Origin: Candidatus Sulfomarinibacteraceae bacterium
GTDB lineage: Bacteria > Acidobacteriota > Thermoanaerobaculia > Thermoanaerobaculales > Sulfomarinibacteraceae
Reading direction: 5' to 3'
NCBI GenBank assembly: GCA_963796455.1
Contig: CAWCLO010000004.1
Location: 64,001-128,000 of the forward strand
DNA: 64,000 bases
Made by a program: the position numbers and the translations under genes. The notes under the pieces are model-generated. The model was not told the origin of the DNA. It did not search any database and was given only the letters and a program-made list of their open reading frames with translations. Positions within the stretch are counted from its first letter, which is position 1. Every line of letters starts with the position of its first letter. Below are positions 29,287-40,122 of the stretch, piece by piece.

Positions 29287-29752
29287 ACTGCGTTTCTCCG
29301 CGTTGAATCAGATCCTGGAGTTGCATTACACCCTCGATCAACGCTTCCGGTGTCGGGGGGCAGCCGGGGACGTAGACATCCACCGGGATGAACTCGTCCA
29401 CACCCTGCACGACGTGGTACGCGCGGTAAAAGCCTCCGGTACAGGCGCAGGCGCCCATGGAGATCACGTACTTGGGCTCGGCCATCTGGTCGTAGATCCG
29501 TTTGACCACCGGCACCATCTTGTCGGTGATCGTGCCGGCGACGATCATCATGTCCGACTGGCGCGGCGAAAAGCGCACCACCTCGGCGCCGAACCTGGAG
29601 AGATCGTAGTGAGCCGAAACGGTGGACATGAACTCGATGGCGCAGCAGGCCGTGCCGAAGGGCAGGGGCCACAGACTGTTCTTCCGAGACCATGCAAGCA
29701 TGGATTCGAAGCGCGTCGTCAACAGCGTCGAGCTGCCGTCTGGTTGGCGCAT
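29267..29752 (-). CDS. nuoB: NADH-quinone oxidoreductase subunit B
   Basis: [25 protein letters not shown]. Confidence 0.95.
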   Translation of the reverse strand: MRQPDGSSTLLTTRFESMLAWSRKNSLWPLPFGTACCAIEFMSTVSAHYDLSRFGAEVVRFSPRQSDMMIVAGTITDKMVPVVKRIYDQMAEPKYVISMGACACTGGFYRAYHVVQGVDEFIPVDVYVPGCPPTPEALIEGVMQLQDLIQRGETQYDQLKG

Positions 29753-29982
29753 TCGTCCTCCCGGATTGAATTGGCGAATTATTTCGCCTGCGTATTATAC
29801 GTGTTCCGCGGCTCGCGTGAAGGCTTTCCTCGGACCGCGGAGACACCGGAAGGCATTGCGTCTTGAGACTTTGCGTGATAGCTTTTGAAGAGTAACGATT
29901 GGGTCGATTCGGGGTGCGAGACTCGGAATCGGAGGCCCGATCACAGGGTTTCGATCGAGGTTTTAGACCAAGGAGATTCTGG

Positions 29983-30270
29983 ATGGAGAAACGATTGTTC
30001 GTAGGAAATCTACCGTTCAGCGTCGGCGATGCTGAGCTGGAGACCGCATTTGCAGAATATGGCACCGTGGTCAGCGCGGTCGTGATCTGCGATCGTGAAA
30101 GCGGACGTTCGCGCGGCTTCGGCTTTGTCGAGATGGAGACCGAGGAAATGGCGGAGAACGCCAAACAGGCCCTCGACGGCTTCGAGATGGATGGGCGCAG
30201 GGTGCGAGTCAACGAGGCTCAATCAAAGAACGATCAGCAGCGTCGATCCAGCTTCGGAGAACGCTGGTAA
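29983..30270 (+). CDS. RRM RNA-binding protein
   Basis: LFVGNL (RNP2), RSRGFGFVEM (RNP1). Confidence 0.93.
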   Translation: MEKRLFVGNLPFSVGDAELETAFAEYGTVVSAVVICDRESGRSRGFGFVEMETEEMAENAKQALDGFEMDGRRVRVNEAQSKNDQQRRSSFGERW

Positions 30271-30292
30271 CCCCCAGACAATCGAAAAAATG

Positions 30293-30320
30293 AAAAAGCC
30301 CCGCGAAAGCGGGGCTTTTT
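30293..30320. terminator. Bidirectional intrinsic terminator
   Basis: AAAAAGCCCCGC-GAAA-GCGGGGCTTTTT between convergent genes. Confidence 0.9.
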
Positions 30321-30406
30321 GGTGAGAGTTTTCAGTCATGCACCGTCAATGGGGATCCCACGGGGATCTTTTCCGTAACTCAAACCTCAAATCTGATCCG
30401 GCTTGA

Positions 30407-31114
30407 TCAGAATCGATACGCGATGCCGCCGCTGAGCTCATAGCCCGACAGATCGATGGTTCCAAAGCCCGAAAAGTCTTTGTTGAGTTCAGCGTCCGCA
30501 TAGCGGTAACGTCCCTCGAAGAAGAAGCTCCATTTGAAGCCGAGAGCGATGTCGACTCCGGCCAGCCCGAGCAATTCCCAGGTGGTTCCGTCGGCACGAT
30601 AGGAAGCAAACACGACCGGTAGATCGGGTGCACCGAAATCGATGAAGGACCCTTCTTCGCGCAATCGCCACCACAACAGACCGCCGCCGGCGCCGACATA
30701 GGGGCGCACACTGCCGCGGCCGATGCGGTAGATATAGACCGCGGTGAGGTCAGTCTCTTGAAGGGTTGTCAGGTGGCCGATGTCGCTGCCTTGAGCGTCC
30801 ACCCATTCCTCGTAGAATTGGGTGGCCTCACCCTCGAAAAAGCTGACTCCGAATGCGATGCCGCCCTGACGGGAAGTCATCCACAGATACTCGGCGCCAA
30901 AGATGAGGTCTTCGAATGATTTTGCCGACCCGGTGAAATCCTCGAATTTCGTGTCCCAGTACTCGGAGTTTGCCTGTGGTTGATAGATCCCGAGCCGGAA
31001 CCTGAGCGAGCCGAAATCTCCAGGAGCCCAGTTTCCCTGGGCCTCGGCGGTTCCGGTCCAAAACACCAACGCGGCCAGAGCGGTGATCAGAAGTTGCAGT
31101 CGTCGTTGTCGCAT
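30407..31114 (-). CDS. Outer membrane beta-barrel protein
   Basis: Signal peptide; RPYVGAGGG; C-terminal GIAYRF. Confidence 0.8.
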   Translation of the reverse strand: MRQRRLQLLITALAALVFWTGTAEAQGNWAPGDFGSLRFRLGIYQPQANSEYWDTKFEDFTGSAKSFEDLIFGAEYLWMTSRQGGIAFGVSFFEGEATQFYEEWVDAQGSDIGHLTTLQETDLTAVYIYRIGRGSVRPYVGAGGGLLWWRLREEGSFIDFGAPDLPVVFASYRADGTTWELLGLAGVDIALGFKWSFFFEGRYRYADAELNKDFSGFGTIDLSGYELSGGIAYRF

Positions 31115-31295
31115 CGTTCCTCCCTCTGCCCGGTTTCTATTGTGACCGCCGGACTCGGCGATGGCTATAGCAACATTGGTGCCACCCGGATGGCGGCGAT
31201 ATGTGGCCCAATCGGGGGTGTCGGGTATCCCCTATAGCGACAAACTGACCTCTGGAGGGGACACTCAGCCTCCGTCGAAGCTCTGCCAGATACTC

Positions 31296-31870
31296 GCTAT
31301 CGCTATCGCTATCGCTATCGCTATCGGGATTGGTATCGAAGAGCGAACACGCCGCGGTCCGTTTGATGATGGGAACATCGTGGCCCTTTGCCCCGCACCT
31401 GGTGATAAATTGCCGCGGGGATTCTGAGCTGGCTGAGTGGCTTCAAGTTGTCATCCTGAGCGAAGCGCCTTCGGCGTGAAGTCGAAGGATCTGCGGCCTG
31501 ATACTCTGTCGATTCATCTCATAGATCCTTCGACTACGCCCTGTGGGGCTCCGCTCAGGATGACATCGGGAGGCGGTATTCGCGAGCAGGAAATATCCGT
31601 GATCGACGGTTCTCCCTTTCGGGAAAGCGTACGAATCTCGAATGGGTTAGGAAGATGAACCAACGGTTGCCCATCGATAGCGATTCCGATAGCGATAGCG
31701 ATAGCGATCGTAACTCAGGCCCTCATCCAGGTGGTTGGGGAATCCATGATCCAGCATCGAGCGACGGGCTGCTCTCCCTCTCGCCCTTTCTCCCTTTCCC
31801 CCTTTCTACGATCCGCCCCTTAGGCAACGGGTTCGGGATCCAGCATCCAGGATCCAGCATCGAGCATCGA
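31296..31870 (+). repeat. Composite: (ATCGCT)n, TGTCA pair (31449-31565), tail, (GATAGC)n, CATCCAG and TTTCTCCC tracts (copy 2)
   Basis: Collinear with 26723-27050; inverted hexamer tracts enclose the palindrome. Confidence 0.9.
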
Positions 31871-31944
31871 GCAAGAGAGCCCTTTCCCTTGATTTCCCGG
31901 AGCGTTAGCCGGAGACCCGGTTACGATAACCCCCGGAGGCATCC

Positions 31945-32697
31945 ATGATCGAACGCATCACCCACGGTGACATCCACGAGATTCGGCTCGCGCGACCGCC
32001 GGTCAATGCTCTTTCTCCCGAGTTGCTCGAAGCGATCTCCGACGAGGTTCGGACCGCGCCGGAGCGTGGAGCCAGGGCGCTGGTTCTTTCCGGTGGTGAA
32101 GGGATCTTTTCGGCTGGTCTCGATGTTCCGGTACTGCTCGGGCTCGACCGTGACGGGCTCCTTCGAGCATTGGATATTTTTTTCGGAACAATGGAGGCCC
32201 TGGCCCGATCGACCATACCGGTGGCGGCTGCAATTACCGGCCACAGTCCGGCAGGTGGCGCGGTCCTGGCGCTTTTCTGCGACTGGCGGGTGATGGCCGA
32301 GGGAGATTATTCAATCGGACTCAACGAGGTGAGGATCGGGATCCCGATGCCGTCGGTAGTCGCTGCACTGGTGGGGAGAACGGTGGGACCCAGGGTCGGA
32401 GAGTCCTTGTGCGTGACGGGCCGCCTGCTGCCTTCGGCCGAAGCGCTCGATCTCGGTTTGGTGGATCAACTCGCTGCACTGGACTCGGTGGTGAGCGTCG
32501 CGCGGGCGTGGTGCGAATCCACGATTCAATCTCCAGCGGGCGCCCTGACCAGGACGCGCGAGACCATGCGCAGAGATCTCATCGACCTCATGACCGGCCA
32601 AAGGGCAGCCGATGTCGAAGATCTCGCCCGCACCTGGTTCGAGCCGGAACTGCAGGAAACTCTTCATGCATTGGTGGCACGTCTCAAGGGAAATTGA
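31945..32697 (+). CDS. Enoyl-CoA hydratase/isomerase family protein
   Basis: PPVNAL, FSAGLD, GHSPAGG, GLNEV. Confidence 0.9.
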   Translation: MIERITHGDIHEIRLARPPVNALSPELLEAISDEVRTAPERGARALVLSGGEGIFSAGLDVPVLLGLDRDGLLRALDIFFGTMEALARSTIPVAAAITGHSPAGGAVLALFCDWRVMAEGDYSIGLNEVRIGIPMPSVVAALVGRTVGPRVGESLCVTGRLLPSAEALDLGLVDQLAALDSVVSVARAWCESTIQSPAGALTRTRETMRRDLIDLMTGQRAADVEDLARTWFEPELQETLHALVARLKGN

Positions 32698-32792
32698 GAG
32701 GCTGTCCGGCTCACAACCGATTCGGGTACAATGACCCAGCCCATCTTCGGACATCGGAGAGATGCATCGTCGGATCGAACGGGAGGTCTCGC

Positions 32793-34332
32793 GTGAAAAT
32801 TCCGTCGCTCGTTTTAAAGCAGCTTTACACCTATGGAAGTCTCGAAAACTCTCCGAACGGGGTGGTTTTCGGCCTCAAGAACAGACTCAGCGATGCCCAG
32901 GTCAGTTCTATCAAGGAAATCCAGTTCGACAAACGGAAAGTGCCGCTCGATGATCTGATCTTCATCACGGGCGACGAAGAGTTCGCGCCATTCCGACATC
33001 AGTTCCGAGAGCCCGATCGCGTTCCCTTTGGGCAAAATTCTCACGGTCGTTTGGAAAAACGCGTCTCTCGAGATCGGTAAACACACGATCTCGGTGAGCT
33101 TCGACAGCACCCCTTTTGGTGGGCTGTCGTTCTCCGTCAAGGATTCGATCCGTGAAACCAAGGAGGAACGGATCAAGGTTCCCTACGATCGAGAGGATGA
33201 TTACAGTGACGAAATCATCTCTGAGCGGCAGAAATTTGCCCACTCGTTCTCAGGAGTTGATTTCAAACACGTCTCGGAGTTTTCCTTCGACCCATCCACC
33301 ACCCAGGGCAATATCGAGAGTTTCGTCGGCGTTGCGCAGATTCCCATCGGTTTGGCCGGGCCGATCAAGATCAACGGAGAGCATGCCATCGGAGAGTTCC
33401 TGGTGCCCTTGGCGACTACCGAAGGCACGCTGGTGGCGTCATACAACCGGGGAATCAAGGTCCTCAATCTATCGGGTGGCGTCACCTGCACGGTGTCGGA
33501 TGACCGGATGCAGCGTGCTCCGGTCTTTGTCTTCGCATCGGCTCGCGAGGCGCGGGGTTTCCGCGACTGGGTCAACGAGCACCTGACCGAGATCACCCAG
33601 GCCGCCGAGGCCACATCGAGCGTTGCGAAGCTCCTCGACATCGATATCTTCCTTGCAAGCCGTTTTGCCTATCTCCGCTTCAACTACTTCACCGGCGATG
33701 CTGCGGGCCAGAACATGGTGGGTCGCGCGACCTTTGCCGCCTGTTCTTGGATGCTCGACCAGGTCGACAATGTGGTTCGTTTTTACCTCGAATCAAATCT
33801 CGCCACCGACAAAAAACACTCCCAGATCAACATCATGCGCACCCGGGGAAAAAGGGTCATCGCGGAGGCGGTGGTGAGCAGGGACGTGCTGGTACAGCAC
33901 ATGCGGGTCGAACCCGAGAGCCTGCAGTACCACTCTCGGATCTCGAATGTCGGTTCCTTCCTGTCGGGTGCGAACAACAACGGTGCCCACTCACCCAACG
34001 GCATCACCGCGATGTTCATCGCAACCGGGCAGGATGTCGCCAACGTAGCGGAGTCGTCTTCCGCGATCCTTTTTACCGAGCTCACGCCGGAACGCGATCT
34101 CTACATGTCGATCACCATCCCGTCGCTGATCGTCGCCACCTTCGGCGGCGGCACCGGTCTTTCGACCCAACGTGAATGTCTTGAACTCATGGGTTGCGTC
34201 GGCAAGGGCAAGGTCAAGAAACTGGCCGAAATCATCGCCGGCGTCGTTCTCGCGGGAGAGATCTCTCTCGGATCGGCGATCTCGTCCCTCGACTGGGTGT
34301 CAAGTCACGAGAAATACGGCCGCAACCGGTGA
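32793..34332 (+). pseudogene. hmgA: Class I HMG-CoA reductase with N-terminal extension, +1 frameshift near 32991 (real or sequencing error)
   Basis: GGGAGG SD + GTG 32793; catalytic frame 32992-34332 has TTEGTLVAS, GDAAGQNM, DKK, GQDVAN, HEKYGR. Confidence 0.75.
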
Positions 34333-34360
34333 CGATGCGGGCTGAGGCAGTGGAGGATCA

Positions 34361-36058
34361 TTGATGGGTGAGGGCGGGTCACCGGCCCCCGATCGCGATC
34401 CAATTCGAACTCCGGAGCCCCGTCGGCGGGCGAGCCGGCGCGCGTATATCAATATTCCAGGTCTGGCGCGGCGCGGTAGGACGACGGTCCGCCACGTGGG
34501 GGCACTGGTCTCCGGTGGTTTCATTGCCTCGGTGGAGGCGAGCCGTCGGCGCGGTGGTCGCGGTTTCATCTTTCGAATCCGGGCCCTCATCGCCTGGGTA
34601 TTGCGCCGTTTCATGGACGGGGACATTGCGGACCAACCTTTTCCCGTCCAGCTGCGTCGCCGGCTGGAGATCCTCGGGCCGACCTACGTCAAACTCGGCC
34701 AGATTCTGAGTTTGCGGCAGGACATCCTTCCCGAATCGGTCACGGGTGAGCTGCGCAATCTTCTGTCCGATCTCCCGCCAATAGATTTCAATGAGATCCG
34801 CCAGGTTGTGGAAACCGATCTCGGGAAACCGATGGAGGAGGTGTTCGCCGAGTTCAATCAGTTTCCCCTGGGTTCGGCGTCCATTGCCCAGAGCCACTGG
34901 GCACGCCTGGCAAATGGCGACCAGGTCATCCTCAAGGTGGTCAAACCGGGCATTCGCGATCTTCTTTATCGCGACGCAACCTTGTTGCGGTCCACCGCGC
35001 GCTTTCTGCAACTGATCATCCCGCGCTATCAGCCGCGAAGGGTGATTGACGAGTTCTGCGAGTACACCCTGCGTGAGGTCGAGATGACCTTCGAAGCGCA
35101 AAACGCTGAGACATTTGCGGTCAACTTCGCCGACACACCCGACGTCGTGTTCCCCAGTATCTATCGCGAATTTTCGGCCGACAACGTCTTGTGCATGGAG
35201 TTCCTCGATGGTGTCCGGCCGGACGACCCTTCGGTACGTGCGCTGCCCTTCGAGGAGCGAGACAGATTGATCGGTCTCGGTGCCGAGGCGATCATCCGCA
35301 TGCTCTACCAGGATGGTTTCTTTCATGCCGATCTGCATCCTGCAAACCTGCTGGTGCTTCCCGGCGTCAAGGTCGGTTTCATCGATCTCGGGATGGTCGG
35401 ACACTTCGACCCCGAGTTGCGGCACAACATGCTCGAGCTCTTCTACGCCATGGTGATGGAGGATTTCGAAGGCGCGGCGCGACATCTGGCAGCGGTTTCA
35501 CAAACCGAGCCAAGGTCGGACGTTGCCGGTTTTCGCACGGCGGTCAAAGAGATTGCCCGCAAGTGGCGCCGTCACGCGCGCTTTGAAGAGTTTTCGCTGG
35601 CGCTCCTGATCCTCGAGTGCATCCAACTCGGTGCACGCTATCACCTGTACTTTCCGGTCGAGCTGGTGTTGATGGTCAAAGGCCTGGTGACCTATGAGGG
35701 CGTCGGATATCTTCTCGACCCGGATTTCAATGTCGCCGAGGTTTCCGAGCGTTATGTCGGGCGGATTTTCAAGCAGGAGTACTCACCCCAGCGCCTCCTC
35801 AAAGAAGGGCTGCGGGTGGCGCCTGATCTCTTTGACGCGATCCTCAAATTTCCGCTCCTGGTTTCGGAGGGTCTGTCCGTTCTCGAGGAGAGGACCCGCA
35901 GACGTCCGCAACGGCCGCTGAGCGGAGTTCGGGCAACCCTTTACGGCGGCGCCTGCCTGGTTGCCGGGTCGATTCTGATCGGTCTCAAGGGCCCGTGGTA
36001 TCTCGCCGCACTGTTGTTCGTGGTCGGTGTGTTGTTGCCGTTGCGACGAGGGGATTGA
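34361..36058 (+). CDS. AarF/ABC1/UbiB family atypical kinase
   Basis: LGPTYVKLGQ, SASIAQ, FFHADLHPAN, DLGMVG. Confidence 0.92.
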   Translation: MMGEGGSPAPDRDPIRTPEPRRRASRRAYINIPGLARRGRTTVRHVGALVSGGFIASVEASRRRGGRGFIFRIRALIAWVLRRFMDGDIADQPFPVQLRRRLEILGPTYVKLGQILSLRQDILPESVTGELRNLLSDLPPIDFNEIRQVVETDLGKPMEEVFAEFNQFPLGSASIAQSHWARLANGDQVILKVVKPGIRDLLYRDATLLRSTARFLQLIIPRYQPRRVIDEFCEYTLREVEMTFEAQNAETFAVNFADTPDVVFPSIYREFSADNVLCMEFLDGVRPDDPSVRALPFEERDRLIGLGAEAIIRMLYQDGFFHADLHPANLLVLPGVKVGFIDLGMVGHFDPELRHNMLELFYAMVMEDFEGAARHLAAVSQTEPRSDVAGFRTAVKEIARKWRRHARFEEFSLALLILECIQLGARYHLYFPVELVLMVKGLVTYEGVGYLLDPDFNVAEVSERYVGRIFKQEYSPQRLLKEGLRVAPDLFDAILKFPLLVSEGLSVLEERTRRRPQRPLSGVRATLYGGACLVAGSILIGLKGPWYLAALLFVVGVLLPLRRGD

Positions 36059-36217
36059 CCCGGACGTCCACAGCCGGTGCCGGGCACATTTACGACATCT
36101 ATACACCCCCCTGGTTAGCCGACGGAACCCTGGTGGTAGTCTCGTCGCGACACGACCGGTTTGGGCGGAAAACCACCGAGCCCAAACCGGGTCTGTTGTT
36201 TCCCAAGGGAGGGAAAA

Positions 36218-37663
36218 ATGCAGTATCAGAGAGTAGCGCAATCGACTGTCGTCGCACTGTTGATCATGATCGGTGCGGCGGAGGCCACGGAGGTGACGCT
36301 CCAGCAGGTCACTTTCCCCGAACGCAACAATATCCAAATCAGTTTCGAGCGAGACAACCGAGCGCCGGAGGCGACCCTGACCGCCGAGGTCCAGTACCGC
36401 GAAGGTCAGGCGAATATGGAAATTCAGTTTCGCAACATGAAACCGGCGATCCTTTTTGGTGGCGACGTGACCAGTTATGTGCTGTGGGCGGTGACCCCTG
36501 ACGGCGCGGCCGAGAATCTCGGCGAGCTGTGGGTTCGCGAAGAGGCCGAGAAGGTGGAGTACTCGTCGGGGCTCAAGTCCTTCGCGATGATGGTGACCGC
36601 GGAGTCTCATTCATTGGTGTCCGCGCCGTCCGAGCTGGTGATGTTCTGGTCCGAGGCGGCCAAGTCGAAGAAGGCGACATCGGTCCCTTTCACCTTCTCG
36701 GGCTTTGTGCCTGCGCCCTCGATCGAATACCCATCGGTGGCGCGGGTCATCTGGGATCGTGACCAACCGCTCGATCTCCGACAGGCCGAAAAGGCGTATG
36801 AACTTGCGGTTGCGGCCGGTGCTGAGGAGTATGCGCCGAGTGCGCTGCGGAGGGCCCTCACCGCGCGGACCCAGGCCCGCAATTACACCACCGCCAAAAA
36901 GTCGAAGGCGGCGGTGGACTATAGCCGGCGTTCACTCGCCCTCAGCGCGGAAGCGCTCCAGGTGACGGCGCAACGCAAGGAAGCCGAGGCGATCGAGGCC
37001 GAGATCGCGCGCCGGACGGCGGAGATGGAAGCCCTGATCGCGCGGGCCGGCGAGGCTGAAACGAGTGCGGCTGCCGCTGCCGTCGCGCTCGGTGAGGCCC
37101 AACGCCAGAAAGGTGAGGCGGACGCTGCGGTAACGAGTGCCCAACGCGAACTTGCTGGAATCGAGGCCGAACGCCTCGAGCTCCAGGCAGCGGTGACCGC
37201 GCTCGAGGAACAATCCGCCGAACTGGCACGGGAAAAGGCCGACCTCTCAGCCCGGCTCCAGGGTGCGTTGTCCTCGGTGGCAGACACCCAGTCGTCCGCC
37301 CGTGGAATGATCGTCAGTCTCCCGGACATCCTCTTCGATTCCAACGAGGCGACTTTGAAATACGATGCCAAGGTCGTGATCGCCAAGCTCGCCGGTATTC
37401 TGCTCATCCTGCCTGAGCTCAATCTCAGGGTTGAAGGGCACACCGATTCTACCGGGAACGCCGACTACAACCAGGGGCTGTCTGAACGGCGCGCTGCGTC
37501 GGTCCGAGACTTCCTCGGTCAGCAGGGCATCGATTGGACGCGAATGATCTCCGTCGGTTATGGATTGAACCGACCGGTAGCGGACAACGCGACCCGAGAG
37601 GGCCGCGCGAAAAACCGGCGAGTCGAGATCGTGATCGCCGAGGGTGTAGTGGCAGCGAACTGA
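36218..37663 (+). CDS. OmpA family protein with coiled coil
   Basis: Signal peptide; VEGHTD, LSERRA, NRRVEI. Confidence 0.9.
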   Translation: MQYQRVAQSTVVALLIMIGAAEATEVTLQQVTFPERNNIQISFERDNRAPEATLTAEVQYREGQANMEIQFRNMKPAILFGGDVTSYVLWAVTPDGAAENLGELWVREEAEKVEYSSGLKSFAMMVTAESHSLVSAPSELVMFWSEAAKSKKATSVPFTFSGFVPAPSIEYPSVARVIWDRDQPLDLRQAEKAYELAVAAGAEEYAPSALRRALTARTQARNYTTAKKSKAAVDYSRRSLALSAEALQVTAQRKEAEAIEAEIARRTAEMEALIARAGEAETSAAAAAVALGEAQRQKGEADAAVTSAQRELAGIEAERLELQAAVTALEEQSAELAREKADLSARLQGALSSVADTQSSARGMIVSLPDILFDSNEATLKYDAKVVIAKLAGILLILPELNLRVEGHTDSTGNADYNQGLSERRAASVRDFLGQQGIDWTRMISVGYGLNRPVADNATREGRAKNRRVEIVIAEGVVAAN

Positions 37664-37686
37664 GCTGGAAATAACTGCTTTTTGAA

Positions 37687-37730
37687 TTCCGGCCGGGTAT
37701 TAGACCCAGCCGGAACTCTTCGCCTTTTTT
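37687..37730 (+). terminator. Possible intrinsic terminator
   Basis: 11/12-bp stem TTCCGGCCGGGT/ACCCAGCCGGAA followed by T-rich run. Confidence 0.5.
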
Positions 37731-38081
37731 CTGCCACATTTCGCCACAGGATTTCCTTGCTTGGGCACGACGTGACCCGAATCACGGGTTGTAATGGATG
37801 AGAAGCCGGACAGGTGCGATCTGCTTTGCTTTTCGCACTTTCTCGCTTAGTATGCGGCGCGGGCTTCGATGCACCGCGATCGCAGCAACGAATGAAAATG
37901 GGGGGCCCGCGAGTGCAAAAGAGTGAGTCACGCAGCAATGAAAGCTCGAACAACCAGATCCTTTTTCCGATGGCGGTTGGTGCGCTTTTTCTCGTGATCC
38001 TGGTGGCCGGCGCTCTGCTCGGTTAGCCCGAAGATCCCATCATCCCGGCCGGCTTGTTCCGATCCGGTCTCGAATCATTTC

Positions 38082-39239
38082 TCAAAAATCGATCACGTAA
38101 TCGCCGTCTTTGATCAACTCGAGGGTTGATCCGTCGGCCATTTCGAGTACGACGCTGGACGCAGCGATCCTGGGTTGCAGCTCGTTGAGATAGACGTGGT
38201 CCTGGTGCATCACGGCCTCGGGGCGGCTGAAGCTGTCGGGCCCGACCTGTCCGCCAAAATGCTCGCTCCGGCCGAAGGCCAGGTGAAGACCCAGCTTTTC
38301 GTCGAGCAGCACCTCGCCGATGGGCGTGATACCAAAACCGGCCAGCACACCGAGACCGAGTTCGGCGAGGTTGCCGCGCGCAGGTTCGGCGCTCAGGCGT
38401 CGTCCTTCGGCCTCGGATTCCGGGCCCGAGGAGATGATTTCCAGCGCCCGATTCTCGACGATATTGAACAGAACCACCTCGTCGCCGAACTGGACCGGCA
38501 TCGTGCCGGAGCTCCCGCTGGGGTCGCCATCGATCTCTCCCTCGTAGGGAACGATATAGGCTTCACCGGAAGGAAGATTGCCGGCGGTTCCCCGCTGGTG
38601 CAGTAGGCCGCCCGAAGCATGGCCCTTCCGGTGGCGGAGATCGAGGTGCAGATCGTGGTTTTGCTTGCCGTCGACGGTGAAGCTGAAGTCGGCACCCACA
38701 CTCGCATCCAAGAGGTCTTTCAAAAGAACCACCCGGCGATTGACCTCGATGTAGTCGAGCCGAAGAGCAGGAATCATCGCTCGCGAGAATCCGGGCATGG
38801 TGGCCGCCCGGCAGCCGAGCCGGGGAGCCATCACTTTAAGGGGGGCGGTGGTGGAGAACTGGGTCGGTGCCAAGACCAGGGAGTGTCGTCCGAGGATCGA
38901 CTCCATAGGTTCTTCGGGTTGACCGATCATTTCCGCGGCATGATCCGGAATTTCATCACCGCTCCACATCCAACCATTGTTTGGAAGATCGGCGTTGTTC
39001 GAGTGCACGTTCCGGTAGATGCAGAGCGAAACCTCGATCCCGTGAGTTTCCCGGGCACCCTTCAACTCCCGCACCCAGCCGGCTGCGATCGATCGCCTCG
39101 TATGCCATCGAGAGGTGTCGGGAACTTCGTCGTCAGGGAGATCGACGATCACCACCAGAGAACGGTCCTCGGTGGTCGGTTCAAAGACCCGTTGGATGAG
39201 GCTGGTCAGCTCGTCGGCGGAGAGTCGGTCGTCGGTCAT
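38082..39239 (-). CDS. M29-like (aminopeptidase T-type) peptidase
   Basis: ATMPG, GNLPSGEAY, AELGLG, LLDEK, HLAFG, HQD. Confidence 0.75.
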   Translation of the reverse strand: MTDDRLSADELTSLIQRVFEPTTEDRSLVVIVDLPDDEVPDTSRWHTRRSIAAGWVRELKGARETHGIEVSLCIYRNVHSNNADLPNNGWMWSGDEIPDHAAEMIGQPEEPMESILGRHSLVLAPTQFSTTAPLKVMAPRLGCRAATMPGFSRAMIPALRLDYIEVNRRVVLLKDLLDASVGADFSFTVDGKQNHDLHLDLRHRKGHASGGLLHQRGTAGNLPSGEAYIVPYEGEIDGDPSGSSGTMPVQFGDEVVLFNIVENRALEIISSGPESEAEGRRLSAEPARGNLAELGLGVLAGFGITPIGEVLLDEKLGLHLAFGRSEHFGGQVGPDSFSRPEAVMHQDHVYLNELQPRIAASSVVLEMADGSTLELIKDGDYVIDF

Positions 39240-39366
39240 TTTTTGAGGCCTCCAAATCGCGAATCAACTGGAGCCCACATGGTACCGCGTCTGGGAAGGG
39301 CCTGGTCCTTGGGCCTGGGCTTGAACTTCGGGGTGGAAATCGACCTCAGGGCTCAGGCCCCAGACC

Positions 39367-39972
39367 CTATTCGACTATTTTGACCGTAATTCGATCGTAC
39401 CAATCGGCAGAACCTGGGAGGCCGATGGCGATGTTGGCCGACCGCCGGTGGCGGAGCGTCTCGAAGGGGTGGCCGCGGACCGTTTGCACGAGTTCGCCGT
39501 CCCGCCAACCCGTGACCTCGAACCAGAGCTCGAGAGAACCCAGATTCCTGCCGCAACTGTTTGCAGCACTGATGTCAACGAGCACGTGGGCGTTCGGCGA
39601 CATGATCTGGGTTTCGGTCCACTTGAAGTGCACGCACTGTGAAATTCCGGGGGTTGGCGTTGCGGGTGGTCGAGTGGGTGTATCCACCGGACGCCACACG
39701 GCTGGGGCGGGGGTTTTTGTCGGGCCCGTGGAGACCACCCATTCCGAGGCTTGTTCGACAAGCTCCGTCGGAGCGCCGGGTGCAGTGGTGGGCCGGACCT
39801 GAGCTGAAGCCGGTTGCGGATCACTGACCACCACAGGTTCTTTGTTCATGCGCAGAAAGGCCAGGACCCCCGCCAGGGCGACAACCCCGAGGATCGCCAG
39901 CAGGACGACCGGCGGGCGCCGTTTGACTTTGCTGGCCGAAGATACGCGGAAACCTCGAGTGTTGTCATCCAT
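39367..39972 (-). CDS. Hypothetical membrane-anchored protein
   Basis: GGAGG SD, one TM helix, Pro/Thr linker, beta-rich C-terminus. Confidence 0.65.
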   Translation of the reverse strand: MDDNTRGFRVSSASKVKRRPPVVLLAILGVVALAGVLAFLRMNKEPVVVSDPQPASAQVRPTTAPGAPTELVEQASEWVVSTGPTKTPAPAVWRPVDTPTRPPATPTPGISQCVHFKWTETQIMSPNAHVLVDISAANSCGRNLGSLELWFEVTGWRDGELVQTVRGHPFETLRHRRSANIAIGLPGSADWYDRITVKIVE

Positions 39973-40122
39973 TGCCCCTCCATTATGACATTGAGACTAC
40001 CGATCCGTCTTGAGTACCCGATCGGCGGCGGCCGTTGAGATTCCGACGCACTGCGGCAGAATGTTATTCTGTGCCGGCTGCGCGGGGTAAATGACGCGGA
40101 AGCCCCGGTCCGGAGGTCGATC

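Noticed and set aside
37814..38026. Small membrane protein ending MAVGALFLVILVAGALLG
   Set aside because: Plausible, but there is no clear start or recognisable family
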